Shown: piece after piece, positions 38,497 to 46,859 of the stretch | How positions within the stretch are numbered: the stretch's first letter is position 1 | Layout of the letters: each line of letters opens with the position of its first letter | Assembly (NCBI GenBank): GCA_031424795.1 | Contig: JANPIC010000133.1 | Coordinates: 12,634 to 76,633, forward strand | Direction of reading: 5' to 3' | From: Polaromonas sp. | GTDB taxonomy: Bacteria; Pseudomonadota; Gammaproteobacteria; Burkholderiales; Burkholderiaceae_C | DNA: 64,000 bases | Made by a program: the position numbers and the translations under genes | The notes under the pieces: generated by a model | Databases searched by the model: none | Told to the model about the DNA's origin: nothing | The model's input: the letters and a program-made list of their open reading frames with translations, nothing else

Positions 38497-39456
38497 ATGA
38501 AAAAACTACTCAATTTCCTGCTGGTAGCCTTAGCTGCCACCACTGCGACAGGCATGGCGCAAGCACAAGCCTGCCCCGACAAAAACTACCTGTACTACCA
38601 AGCTTTCCCACCAGGTGGCGAGTCTGACCTCTCAGCTCGTCACCAGCAAATTGTGATGAAGAAGAAATGCCCCGCCATTGACACCATCATCCAATACAAA
38701 GCCGGTGCAGGCGGCGCATTGATGTGGGGGCAAATGAACCAGCTGCCAGGAGATGGACTCAATATCGTGGGCGTGAATCTGCCACATATTGTTTTCCAAC
38801 CCTTGGAAGGGCAAGTGCAATACAAAACAGCAGATATCACCCCCGTTTTCTGGTTTCACTACACCCCAGACATCTTGGTTGTTCCAGAGAAAAGTCCCAT
38901 CAAAACCTTTGCAGATTTGGTCAAAGCTGCTAAAGCCACACCCGACAAAATCAGTTTGGGTGGCTCAGGCTTGAATTCAGCCAACCATGCAGCGCATGAG
39001 CGTATGAATGCCGAGTTTGGCATTAAAACCGTCTATATCCCCTACAAAGGCACGGGCGACATGTCCACAGCCGTGCTGGGCTCGCAAGTTGACGGGGCGA
39101 TGACCTACACCCCCTTTGCCATCGCGAACAAAGGTCGTGTACGCGCACTAGCCGTTGCTATGGAAAAACGCCACCCTTTGCTGCCAGAAGTTCCAACTTT
39201 CAAAGAACTGGGTGTGAACTGGGTGGATGGTGCCTATCGTGGCATTGGTGTACCTAAATCCACGCCGCCAGAAGCTCGCAAGCGCATCTCTGACCATTGG
39301 GCTGCATTAAACAGCGATCCTGAAATGATAACCCTAGCAGCCAAGAGCGGTTTTGAGCTGGTCAATGTTGGTGTGGACAAAATGGACGCCTTTATGGCGG
39401 AGAAAACCAAGCTTTACACAGAATCTGCAAAGCGACTAGATTTCAGCAAGAAGTAA
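38497..39456 (+). CDS. Bug/TctC-family substrate-binding protein (orphan)
   Basis: Signal peptide and Bug-family fold signature (AFPPGGESD). Confidence 0.8.
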   Translation: MKKLLNFLLVALAATTATGMAQAQACPDKNYLYYQAFPPGGESDLSARHQQIVMKKKCPAIDTIIQYKAGAGGALMWGQMNQLPGDGLNIVGVNLPHIVFQPLEGQVQYKTADITPVFWFHYTPDILVVPEKSPIKTFADLVKAAKATPDKISLGGSGLNSANHAAHERMNAEFGIKTVYIPYKGTGDMSTAVLGSQVDGAMTYTPFAIANKGRVRALAVAMEKRHPLLPEVPTFKELGVNWVDGAYRGIGVPKSTPPEARKRISDHWAALNSDPEMITLAAKSGFELVNVGVDKMDAFMAEKTKLYTESAKRLDFSKK

Positions 39457-39457
39457 T

Positions 39458-39532
39458 TTTAGCTATAAACAATATAGCTATTTAGGCAATAAATACGCCG
39501 ACTAGAGTCTGATTTCATGCTCTAGCCGGTTC
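39458..39532 (+). repeat. Dispersed repeat, copy E (forward), intergenic between the Bug gene and ppc stops
   Basis: ttttagctataaacaatatagctatttaggcaataaatacgccgactagagtctgatttcatgctctagccggt, with inverted CCGACTAGAG/CTCTAGCCGG arms. Confidence 0.9.
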
Positions 39533-39540
39533 TTTACATG

Positions 39541-42411
39541 CTAGCCCGTATTCCGCAACCCAGCCGCAATCCCGTTGATGGAAATATGAATCCCGCGCTG
39601 TACCCGCTCGTCGGATTGGCCTGCGCGGTAACGGCGTACCAGCTCGACTTGCAGGTGGTGCAGGGGATCAATGTAGGGGAAGCGGTGGCGGATGGAGCGT
39701 TGCAGCGCAGCGTTGTTCGTCAGGCGTTGTTTGTCGCCGGTGATCAGTTGCAGCGCTGTGACCGTCAAATGCCATTCGGTTTCAATGCGGTTGAATATCT
39801 TCTTGCGCAAGGCGGCATCGGTGACCAATTCGGCGTATCTGGACGCCAAAGCCAAATCGCTTTTCGCCAAAACCATGTCGATATTGCTCAGCAGGGTGCG
39901 GAAAAATGGCCAGTCTTTGACCATTTTTTGCAGCAAGGCGAGCTGTTTCTTGGATTCTGCTGGCGATTGATCGGCATGTAAAAACGTATGAACCGCAGAG
40001 CCAAAGCCGTACCAACCCGGCAGGGTTAAACGGCACTGTCCCCAGCTGAATCCCCAGGGAATAGCGCGTAAATCTTCAATTTTTTGCGACGCTTTGCGCG
40101 ACGCAGGCCGTGAGCCCAAGTTCAGTTCAGCAATTTCTCGCAGTGGGGTGGACTGGAAGAAGTAATCCGTAAAACCGGGTGTTTCGTACACCAAAGCACG
40201 GTAAGCCGCCATGCTGGACAACGACAAACTCGCAGCGGTTTCTAAAAACTTGGCACTTGCAGACTTTGTGGGCTGCAGCAAGGTGGCCTCCAAGGTGGCA
40301 GCAACCAAGGTTTCTAAATTGCGACGGCCAATTTCAGGGTTGGCGTATTTAGAGCCAATCACCTCGCCTTGCTCGGTCAGGCGAATCTGGCCACGCACGG
40401 TGCCGGGTGGTTGCGCCAAAATGGCTTGGTAGCTTGGACCACCGCCACGCCCCACTGTGCCGCCACGGCCGTGGAACATGCGCAGCTGGATGCCGTGCGA
40501 GGCGGCGAGTTCATCAAACAGTTCTACCAGCGCAATCTCCGCCCGGTACAGCTCCCAGTTGCTGGTGAAAATGCCACCGTCTTTGTTGCTGTCAGAGTAG
40601 CCCAGCATGATGTCTTGCTCGCCACCGCTGCGTTGCACTTGCTGCGCCACGCCCGTCAAAGCGTAAAACTCGCGCATGATGGGGGCGGCGTTGCGCAGGT
40701 CTTCGATGGTTTCAAAGAGTGGCACGACGATCAAATCATGGCTGGCTTGCTTGTCCAGCGTGCCATGCATCAAACCGACTTCTTTTTGCAACAACAAGAC
40801 TTCCAGCAAATCGCTGACGGTTTCTGTGTGGCTGATGATGTAGTGGCGAATGGCGTGGTGGCCGTAACGTTGGCGCATGGCTTTGGCGGCTTCAAAAATA
40901 GCCAATTCACCCTGGGTGTGGTCTGAATAAGTGGCATCCAAAACGCGCAAAGGCCGCGCGTCGCTGAGCAGTTTAACCAGCAGGCTGCGTTTGGCTTGTT
41001 CGTCCAAGCTTGAATAATTGCCCTCTAAACGCGCTACGGCCAGCAGTTCAGCGACGACTTCTTCATGCTTGTCAGAACTTTGGCGCAAATCTACCGTGGC
41101 TAAGTGAAAGCCAAAGACTTCAACAGCGCGAATCAAGGGGTGCAAACGTTGGCTGCTTAGCGCTTGACCGTGGTTGTCTTGCAGTGAGGCTTGAATCGTG
41201 CGCAAGTCGGCTAAAAAATCTTCAGCCTGTTTGTAGGGGTTTTGCGGTGAAACGGCGTGGCGCGCCGCGTCGCCGCCTGTCATTTCCTTTAAATTCGCAG
41301 CCAAACGGGCATACACGCCCGTCAAAGCGCGGCGATAGGGCTCATCTTTGCGGTGTTCGTTGGTGTCGGGTGATTGTTCGGCCAAAGCTTTCATGGGCTC
41401 AGACAAAGGCACCAAAATTGACGACATCGACAACTCAGAGCCTAAAAAATGCACTTCTGTCAAATAAAACCGCAGCACCATCTCGGCCTGACGGCGCAGG
41501 GCATATTGCAGGGTTTGGGCGCTGACATTGGGGTTGCCATCGCGGTCGCCGCCAATCCATTGCCCCATGCGTAAAAAGCTGTGCACGGGTTGGTTGCCCA
41601 AGGATTGCTCAAGCTCTGCATACAGTTTGGGAATTTCGCGCAAAAACGTGGATTCGTAATAGCTCAGCGAGTTTTCAATCTCATCCATCACGGTGAGCTT
41701 GGAGTAGCGCAGCAATCGCGTTTGCCACAGCTGCATCACGCGGGCGCGCAGCTGTAATTCGTTGGCGCTCAACTCTTTGGGTGTCAGGGCATCCTTACTG
41801 CTGCCGTTGGCCAAACTGCGCATTTTGATGTCATCACGCGCGGTGAGCAGCTGGGCAATGTCGCGCTCCGCATCCAAAATGCTTTTGCGCTGCACCTCGG
41901 TCGGGTGCGCTGTCAACACAGGGGAAACGTGGCTTTTGGCCAAAGTTTGCGAGATGGTTTTGGGCGTGATGCCCGCCCAGCGCAGGCGCGCCAAGGCCAC
42001 TTCAATGCTGCCTTCTTGCGTGTCGCCCACGCGCTCGTGCACCTCGCGGCGGCGAATGTGGTGTCTGTCTTCCGCCAAATTGGCCAAATGGCTGAAGTAG
42101 GTGAAAGCACGAATCACGCTGACCGTTTGGTCACCCGACAAGCCTTTGAGCAGCTTTTTGAGCGCTTTGTCGGCTGTATGGTCCTCATCGCGCCTAAAAG
42201 CGACTGACAATTTACGGATTTGCTCGATCAACTCGTACGCGGCAGCGCCTTCTTGCTCCCGAATCACATCGCCTAAAATTCGTCCTAGCAACCGAATATC
42301 TTCGACCAAAGGCCGTTCATTCAGTTTTTGCTTGGACAGAGATTGAGATTTCGGAGATTCCGTTATTTTTAGGGTTTGAGTTTTCATGGTTGTTGTACAT
42401 GCTAGCATCAA
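39541..42411 (-). CDS. ppc: Phosphoenolpyruvate carboxylase
   Basis: [21 protein letters not shown] and [14 protein letters not shown] motifs and a C-terminal ...GLRNTG. The start may be the ATG at 42387. Confidence 0.95.
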   Translation of the reverse strand: MMLACTTTMKTQTLKITESPKSQSLSKQKLNERPLVEDIRLLGRILGDVIREQEGAAAYELIEQIRKLSVAFRRDEDHTADKALKKLLKGLSGDQTVSVIRAFTYFSHLANLAEDRHHIRRREVHERVGDTQEGSIEVALARLRWAGITPKTISQTLAKSHVSPVLTAHPTEVQRKSILDAERDIAQLLTARDDIKMRSLANGSSKDALTPKELSANELQLRARVMQLWQTRLLRYSKLTVMDEIENSLSYYESTFLREIPKLYAELEQSLGNQPVHSFLRMGQWIGGDRDGNPNVSAQTLQYALRRQAEMVLRFYLTEVHFLGSELSMSSILVPLSEPMKALAEQSPDTNEHRKDEPYRRALTGVYARLAANLKEMTGGDAARHAVSPQNPYKQAEDFLADLRTIQASLQDNHGQALSSQRLHPLIRAVEVFGFHLATVDLRQSSDKHEEVVAELLAVARLEGNYSSLDEQAKRSLLVKLLSDARPLRVLDATYSDHTQGELAIFEAAKAMRQRYGHHAIRHYIISHTETVSDLLEVLLLQKEVGLMHGTLDKQASHDLIVVPLFETIEDLRNAAPIMREFYALTGVAQQVQRSGGEQDIMLGYSDSNKDGGIFTSNWELYRAEIALVELFDELAASHGIQLRMFHGRGGTVGRGGGPSYQAILAQPPGTVRGQIRLTEQGEVIGSKYANPEIGRRNLETLVAATLEATLLQPTKSASAKFLETAASLSLSSMAAYRALVYETPGFTDYFFQSTPLREIAELNLGSRPASRKASQKIEDLRAIPWGFSWGQCRLTLPGWYGFGSAVHTFLHADQSPAESKKQLALLQKMVKDWPFFRTLLSNIDMVLAKSDLALASRYAELVTDAALRKKIFNRIETEWHLTVTALQLITGDKQRLTNNAALQRSIRHRFPYIDPLHHLQVELVRRYRAGQSDERVQRGIHISINGIAAGLRNTG

Positions 42412-42477
42412 AACTAAGCTGTATTTACCTGTAGATTACCAATGAGTTCCCAATATAAAAACAAATAAAAGCAAAAA

Positions 42478-43455
42478 ATGCCGAACACAAGTCAACAACC
42501 GTTATTGAATATCACCATCGCCACCCGTGAAAGCCGTCTCGCCCTGTGGCAGGCCGAGCATGTGAAAGCCTTGTTAGAAGCGCGTGGCCACCGCGTGAAA
42601 CTGCTGGGCATGACAACGATGGGTGACCAAATCTTAGACCGCTCGCTCAGTAAAGTGGGCGGTAAAGGGCTGTTTGTCAAAGAGCTGGAAACCGCTTTAG
42701 ACGATGGCTCGGCAGACATTGCCGTGCATTCGCTCAAAGACGTGCCTATGGATTTGCCAGACGGCTTCGCCCTAGCCTGTGTAATGGAACGTGAAGACCC
42801 GCGTGATGCTTTTGTCTCCAATAATTACGCCAATTTAGCCGCTTTGCCGTTGGGTGCAACCGTAGGCACATCCAGCCTACGCCGCGTTGTGTTGCTCAAA
42901 GCGCTGCGGCCTGATGTGAAGATTGTTCCCCTGCGTGGCAACTTGGACACTCGCTTGCGCAAGCTGGACGAAGGTCAGTTTGATGCCATTATTTTGGCCG
43001 TTGCAGGGCTGAAACGTCTTGGCTTAGCCCTACGCATTCGTGCCGTTTTTGAGACGACAGAAATGCTGCCGGCCGCTGGGCAAGGTGCTTTGGGCATTGA
43101 AATCAAAGCAGATCGGGCTGATTTGGTTGCTGCATTGGCACCATTGGCGTATTTGCCGACGTGGATGGCTGTTTCTGCTGAGCGGGCCGTCAGCCGCGCC
43201 ATGGGTGGCAGTTGTTCTATGCCTTTGGCAGCGCATGCCGTGTGGGATGGGGCGCAATTGCGACTCAATGCGGCTTGGGGTGAGCCTGAAGAGGACAAAA
43301 CATCAGCAGCTAACGAAACAAGCGAGTTGGTCACAGCAAGCTCAAGCCATGCTGCGGCCGATATTGATGCGGCTACTGCGATGGGCGAGGAGGTTGCCGC
43401 AAAATTGCTCGCCAATGGTGCACGGAAATACACCAAGTTAGTTGGCGATGAGTAA
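42478..43455 (+). CDS. hemC: Hydroxymethylbilane synthase (porphobilinogen deaminase)
   Basis: [16 protein letters not shown] and [13 protein letters not shown] motifs, plus the dipyrromethane Cys (GGSCSMPL). Confidence 0.95.
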   Translation: MPNTSQQPLLNITIATRESRLALWQAEHVKALLEARGHRVKLLGMTTMGDQILDRSLSKVGGKGLFVKELETALDDGSADIAVHSLKDVPMDLPDGFALACVMEREDPRDAFVSNNYANLAALPLGATVGTSSLRRVVLLKALRPDVKIVPLRGNLDTRLRKLDEGQFDAIILAVAGLKRLGLALRIRAVFETTEMLPAAGQGALGIEIKADRADLVAALAPLAYLPTWMAVSAERAVSRAMGGSCSMPLAAHAVWDGAQLRLNAAWGEPEEDKTSAANETSELVTASSSHAAADIDAATAMGEEVAAKLLANGARKYTKLVGDE

Positions 43456-43524
43456 ATCCCCCCTAGCCCCCCTTTTTCAAAGTGGGGAACAAGAGTTAAA
43501 GCAATACTTAGTTGGGGTTTTAAC

Positions 43525-44367
43525 GTGAAAGTCATCGTGACCCGCCCGCGCCTAGAGGCCGATGTTTGGGTCAAACAGTTGCGGGCTTTGCACTTTGATG
43601 CTGTTGCGCTACCGTTGATTCACATTGGCGCTGCGGCAGATACTGAAAGCGTTAAGTGGGTTTGGCAGAATTTGCACCAATACCGTGCAATCATGTTTGT
43701 CAGCAGCAACGCAGTTCGCTATTTTTACCCCTTAAATATGCCTATAGCCGGCGAATTTATTGACTATTCAGCTATAAAAAATATAGCAAATTTAGACAAT
43801 TCTGCATCCTATCCAAGACTGTGGGCAACCGGACCAGGCACGCGGGACGCCTTGCTGGCGCAGTCTGTGCCTAGCGATTTGATTGATTCGCCCGCTGCAG
43901 ACGCAGCACAGTTTGACTCAGAAGCGCTGTGGAATATCATCAAATATCAAGTCAAACCGGGCGATAAAGTGCTGATTGTGCGAGGCAGCACCCCACATAC
44001 CAAAGATGCTGAAGGGGTTGCCATGAACGGTCGTCCTTGGTTGGCTGACCAACTGACCGCAGCTGGTGTGCAGGTGGATGTTGTGGTTAGCTACCAGCGC
44101 AGCGCTCCAGTTTTTGATGTGTCGGAGCTGGCGCTGATGGCGCAAGCCGCAACGGATCAATCAGTCTGGTTGCTCAGCAGTTCGGAAGCGGTAGCGAATT
44201 TAGCAGCTCATTTAAAGGAGATTCCAGAGCTGAACTTGTCACAAGCCAGAGCCATTGCCACCCACCCCCGCATTGCACAGGCAGCCAGAGACGCTGGTTT
44301 TGGTGTTGTTTACGAGTCACGCCCGCTGCTGGCTGACGTGGCGGCTTCTATAGAATCTCTGCTATGA
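43525..44367 (+). CDS. hemD: Uroporphyrinogen-III synthase with an in-frame repeat-derived insert
   Basis: Sits between hemC and hemX and has a HEM4-like sequence (VIVTRP...). Residues PIAGEFIDYSAIKNIANL are encoded by repeat copy F. Confidence 0.8.
   Translation: MKVIVTRPRLEADVWVKQLRALHFDAVALPLIHIGAAADTESVKWVWQNLHQYRAIMFVSSNAVRYFYPLNMPIAGEFIDYSAIKNIANLDNSASYPRLWATGPGTRDALLAQSVPSDLIDSPAADAAQFDSEALWNIIKYQVKPGDKVLIVRGSTPHTKDAEGVAMNGRPWLADQLTAAGVQVDVVVSYQRSAPVFDVSELALMAQAATDQSVWLLSSSEAVANLAAHLKEIPELNLSQARAIATHPRIAQAARDAGFGVVYESRPLLADVAASIESLL
43741..43793 (-). repeat. Dispersed repeat, copy F (reverse), in-frame inside hemD
   Basis: cctatagccggcgaatttattgactattcagctataaaaaatatagcaaattt. Confidence 0.85.
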
Positions 44368-45530
44368 GTGACATTTCCATGCAAGACCCCCCTAACAGCC
44401 CTGAGAGCCCTGTGGCACAGGCAGCAACGACCTCAAATGCTTTGCAAAACACGGCTGCCAGTAGTAATCATGTTGGAAATACTGGCTTTTCTAAGTTTTT
44501 TACTATATTTATAATAGCAGCTTTGGCAGTATCTATGCTGGCTAGCTTCTATTTATGGCGTAAATTGACGAATATGCAAGAGCATTTGGCCAGACAAAGT
44601 GCCGATGCGACCAATTTAAGCGTCGAAGCGCGCAGCTTGGCGAAAAACGCGCAAGACGTGGCGCGGGAAGCGTCCGCGAGATCGTCTTTGAACGAAACGC
44701 GGCTGAGCGAAGTTGCCCTGCAGCGCAGCCAGTTGGACGAGTTGATGCAAAGTTTGTCCCGCTCACGCGATGAAAATTTGGTGGTGGATGTGGAGTCTGC
44801 CCTGCGTTTGGCGCAGCAGCAGGCGCAGTTAACCGGCAGTGTCGAGCCGCTTTTGGCTGCTTTGAAAACAGCAGACCAGCGTTTGGCACGTGCAGCCCAA
44901 CCCCGTTTGAACGCCGTGCGCCGAGCCTTGGCCAGTGACACCGACAAAATCAAGGCCGCAGCGGTGACAGATATTCCAAGCTTACTCGTCAAGCTGGACG
45001 AAATCAGCCGTTTGGTGGAAGACTTGCCCGTGTTGAATACGGTGACAGCGGTGGCGAGGGTTGACAAGCAAAACGCGCCATCTAACACATCATCCAAGGC
45101 GTCAGGTGCTAAATCAGCTGTAAATACCTCTGCAAACCAAGATGCCGACTGGCAAAGCAGTGTGCAAAACTTCATGCAAAACAATTGGCAAATTGTCCGT
45201 GCTGAACTTGCGAAATTGGTGCGCGTCAGCCGCATTGAAAACCCAGATGCCGTGCTGCTGTCGCCTGAGCAAACCTACTTTTTGCGTGAAAACCTCAAAC
45301 TCAAAATCCTCAATGCAAGGCTTGGTTTGTTGGGGCGGCAAATTCAGTCTGCTAAATCTGACCTAGCGTCAGTGGCGGACGATGTGCGTAAGTACAGCGA
45401 CCCAACCTCCAGACAAGCGCAGACGCTGCAAAGCGCGCTGTCACAAGTGCAGACGCAGCTGGGCAATGCCAGCATTCCTGCGCTTGATTCATCTTTAGCA
45501 GCGTTGACGCTGGCTGCGGCGGGTAAATAA
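44364..45530 (+). CDS. hemX: HemX-like membrane-anchored protein (uroporphyrinogen-III C-methyltransferase-like family)
   Basis: Single N-terminal TM anchor, then a coiled-coil-rich domain. ATGA overlap with hemD; hemCDXY order. Confidence 0.75.
   Translation: MSDISMQDPPNSPESPVAQAATTSNALQNTAASSNHVGNTGFSKFFTIFIIAALAVSMLASFYLWRKLTNMQEHLARQSADATNLSVEARSLAKNAQDVAREASARSSLNETRLSEVALQRSQLDELMQSLSRSRDENLVVDVESALRLAQQQAQLTGSVEPLLAALKTADQRLARAAQPRLNAVRRALASDTDKIKAAAVTDIPSLLVKLDEISRLVEDLPVLNTVTAVARVDKQNAPSNTSSKASGAKSAVNTSANQDADWQSSVQNFMQNNWQIVRAELAKLVRVSRIENPDAVLLSPEQTYFLRENLKLKILNARLGLLGRQIQSAKSDLASVADDVRKYSDPTSRQAQTLQSALSQVQTQLGNASIPALDSSLAALTLAAAGK
44496..44546 (+). repeat. Dispersed repeat, copy M (forward, degenerate), encodes the HemX TM anchor
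   Basis: tttttactatatttataatagcagctttggcagtatctatgctggctagc aligns colinearly with the consensus, with about 10 mismatches. Confidence 0.6.
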
Positions 45531-46828
45531 TGCGCGCGGCTTTGTGGTTTTTGGCTTTGTTTGGTATCGCCGTGGCGGTCGCCGTGTTCGCGGGAAACAA
45601 CGATGCAACGGTAACTCTGTATTGGGCGCCTTACCGAGTCGATTTGTCGCTGAACTTTGTGATTCTCGCGTTGGTTTTCAGTTTTGCGCTTATTTATGCC
45701 GCTATGCGTACGGCGGCGCTTTTGTTTGCTTTGCCCGATCAAGCCAAACGCTGGCGCGCCTTGCAAAAAGAGCGGGCTATCAACGCTGAGCTGTTCAATG
45801 CACAGTCACATTTTTTAGCGGGGCGGTATATTCGCTCGCGCAAATCGGCTTTGTCTGCGCTGAGTTTGGATAGGTCAAGGGAGCATGCGCACCCAAAAGC
45901 CACCGATTTGGTGGGAAATGAGCCGCAACTGCGTGCTTTGGCGCACGTCATGGCGGCGCAAAGTGCCCATGCCTTGCAAGACAGTGCTGCGCGAGATGAC
46001 CATTTGAAGCAAGCGCTAGAAAATCAAAATCAACGTGCCTCCTTAGACACACGCGAAGGCACGCAGTTGCTGGCTGCCAGTTGGGCATTGGATGACCGCG
46101 ACGCATCATCGGCGCTGAAGTGGTTAGCGCAATTGCCCAGTGGCGCAGCGCGTCGTACTTTGGCGCTGCGACTCAAACTCAAAGCGGCGCAGCTGGACAA
46201 TGCGAGCGTTGAAGCACTTGAAACCACACGTTTACTCGCCAAGCACCACGCTTTCTCCAAAGATGTTGCGCCAAGTTTGATCAAAAGTTTGGTGTTGAAA
46301 CGGCTGGACGATGCACGAGATGCCGCCCAGCTGCAAGCCACATGGCGTGCGTTGGACGTTGGTGATCGATTGCAAGCAGACATTGCCATTCATGCCGCAC
46401 ACAAACTCAGCGCCATGAATGGGCAGGAACAGCAAGTGACAGATTGGCTGCTGCCCGCATGGCTTACGTTAACTGGTTCCGAGGGCGGTTTGAACAATAT
46501 TGATGGCACACGTTGCGCGGAGTTGATACAAACACTGGAAGCGATATTGACAGCGCAAATGGAATCGCAGGATTTGGCGTGGCTGGCAAGAATTGAAAAA
46601 GCGCAATTGGCGAATCCTAGAGATGCGCGTTTACAGTATTTGGCGGGTATTGCCTGCAAATCTCACCAACTGTGGGGTAAAGCACAACAGCAATTGACGC
46701 AAGCTGCACCGCAGTTAAAAGACATCTATTTGAAGCGCCGCGCTTGGTGTGCTTTGGCTGAGTTGGCAGAGCAGCGGGGCGATGCAATAGCCGCTGGCGT
46801 TGCATGGAAGAATGCCGCACAAGTTTAG
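45530..46828 (+). CDS. hemY: HemY-like heme biosynthesis-associated TPR membrane protein
   Basis: Two N-terminal TM helices and a TPR-like C-terminus. TAATG overlap with hemX. Confidence 0.75.
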   Translation: MRAALWFLALFGIAVAVAVFAGNNDATVTLYWAPYRVDLSLNFVILALVFSFALIYAAMRTAALLFALPDQAKRWRALQKERAINAELFNAQSHFLAGRYIRSRKSALSALSLDRSREHAHPKATDLVGNEPQLRALAHVMAAQSAHALQDSAARDDHLKQALENQNQRASLDTREGTQLLAASWALDDRDASSALKWLAQLPSGAARRTLALRLKLKAAQLDNASVEALETTRLLAKHHAFSKDVAPSLIKSLVLKRLDDARDAAQLQATWRALDVGDRLQADIAIHAAHKLSAMNGQEQQVTDWLLPAWLTLTGSEGGLNNIDGTRCAELIQTLEAILTAQMESQDLAWLARIEKAQLANPRDARLQYLAGIACKSHQLWGKAQQQLTQAAPQLKDIYLKRRAWCALAELAEQRGDAIAAGVAWKNAAQV

Positions 46829-46859
46829 TGCTTTTGTACACGAATGACTTTGTGACCAT

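Noticed and set aside
42975-45235. Antisense ORFs opposite hemC/hemD (42975..43574) and hemX (44549..45235).
   Set aside because: They lie opposite well-supported, translationally coupled hem genes. They have no start context or motifs.
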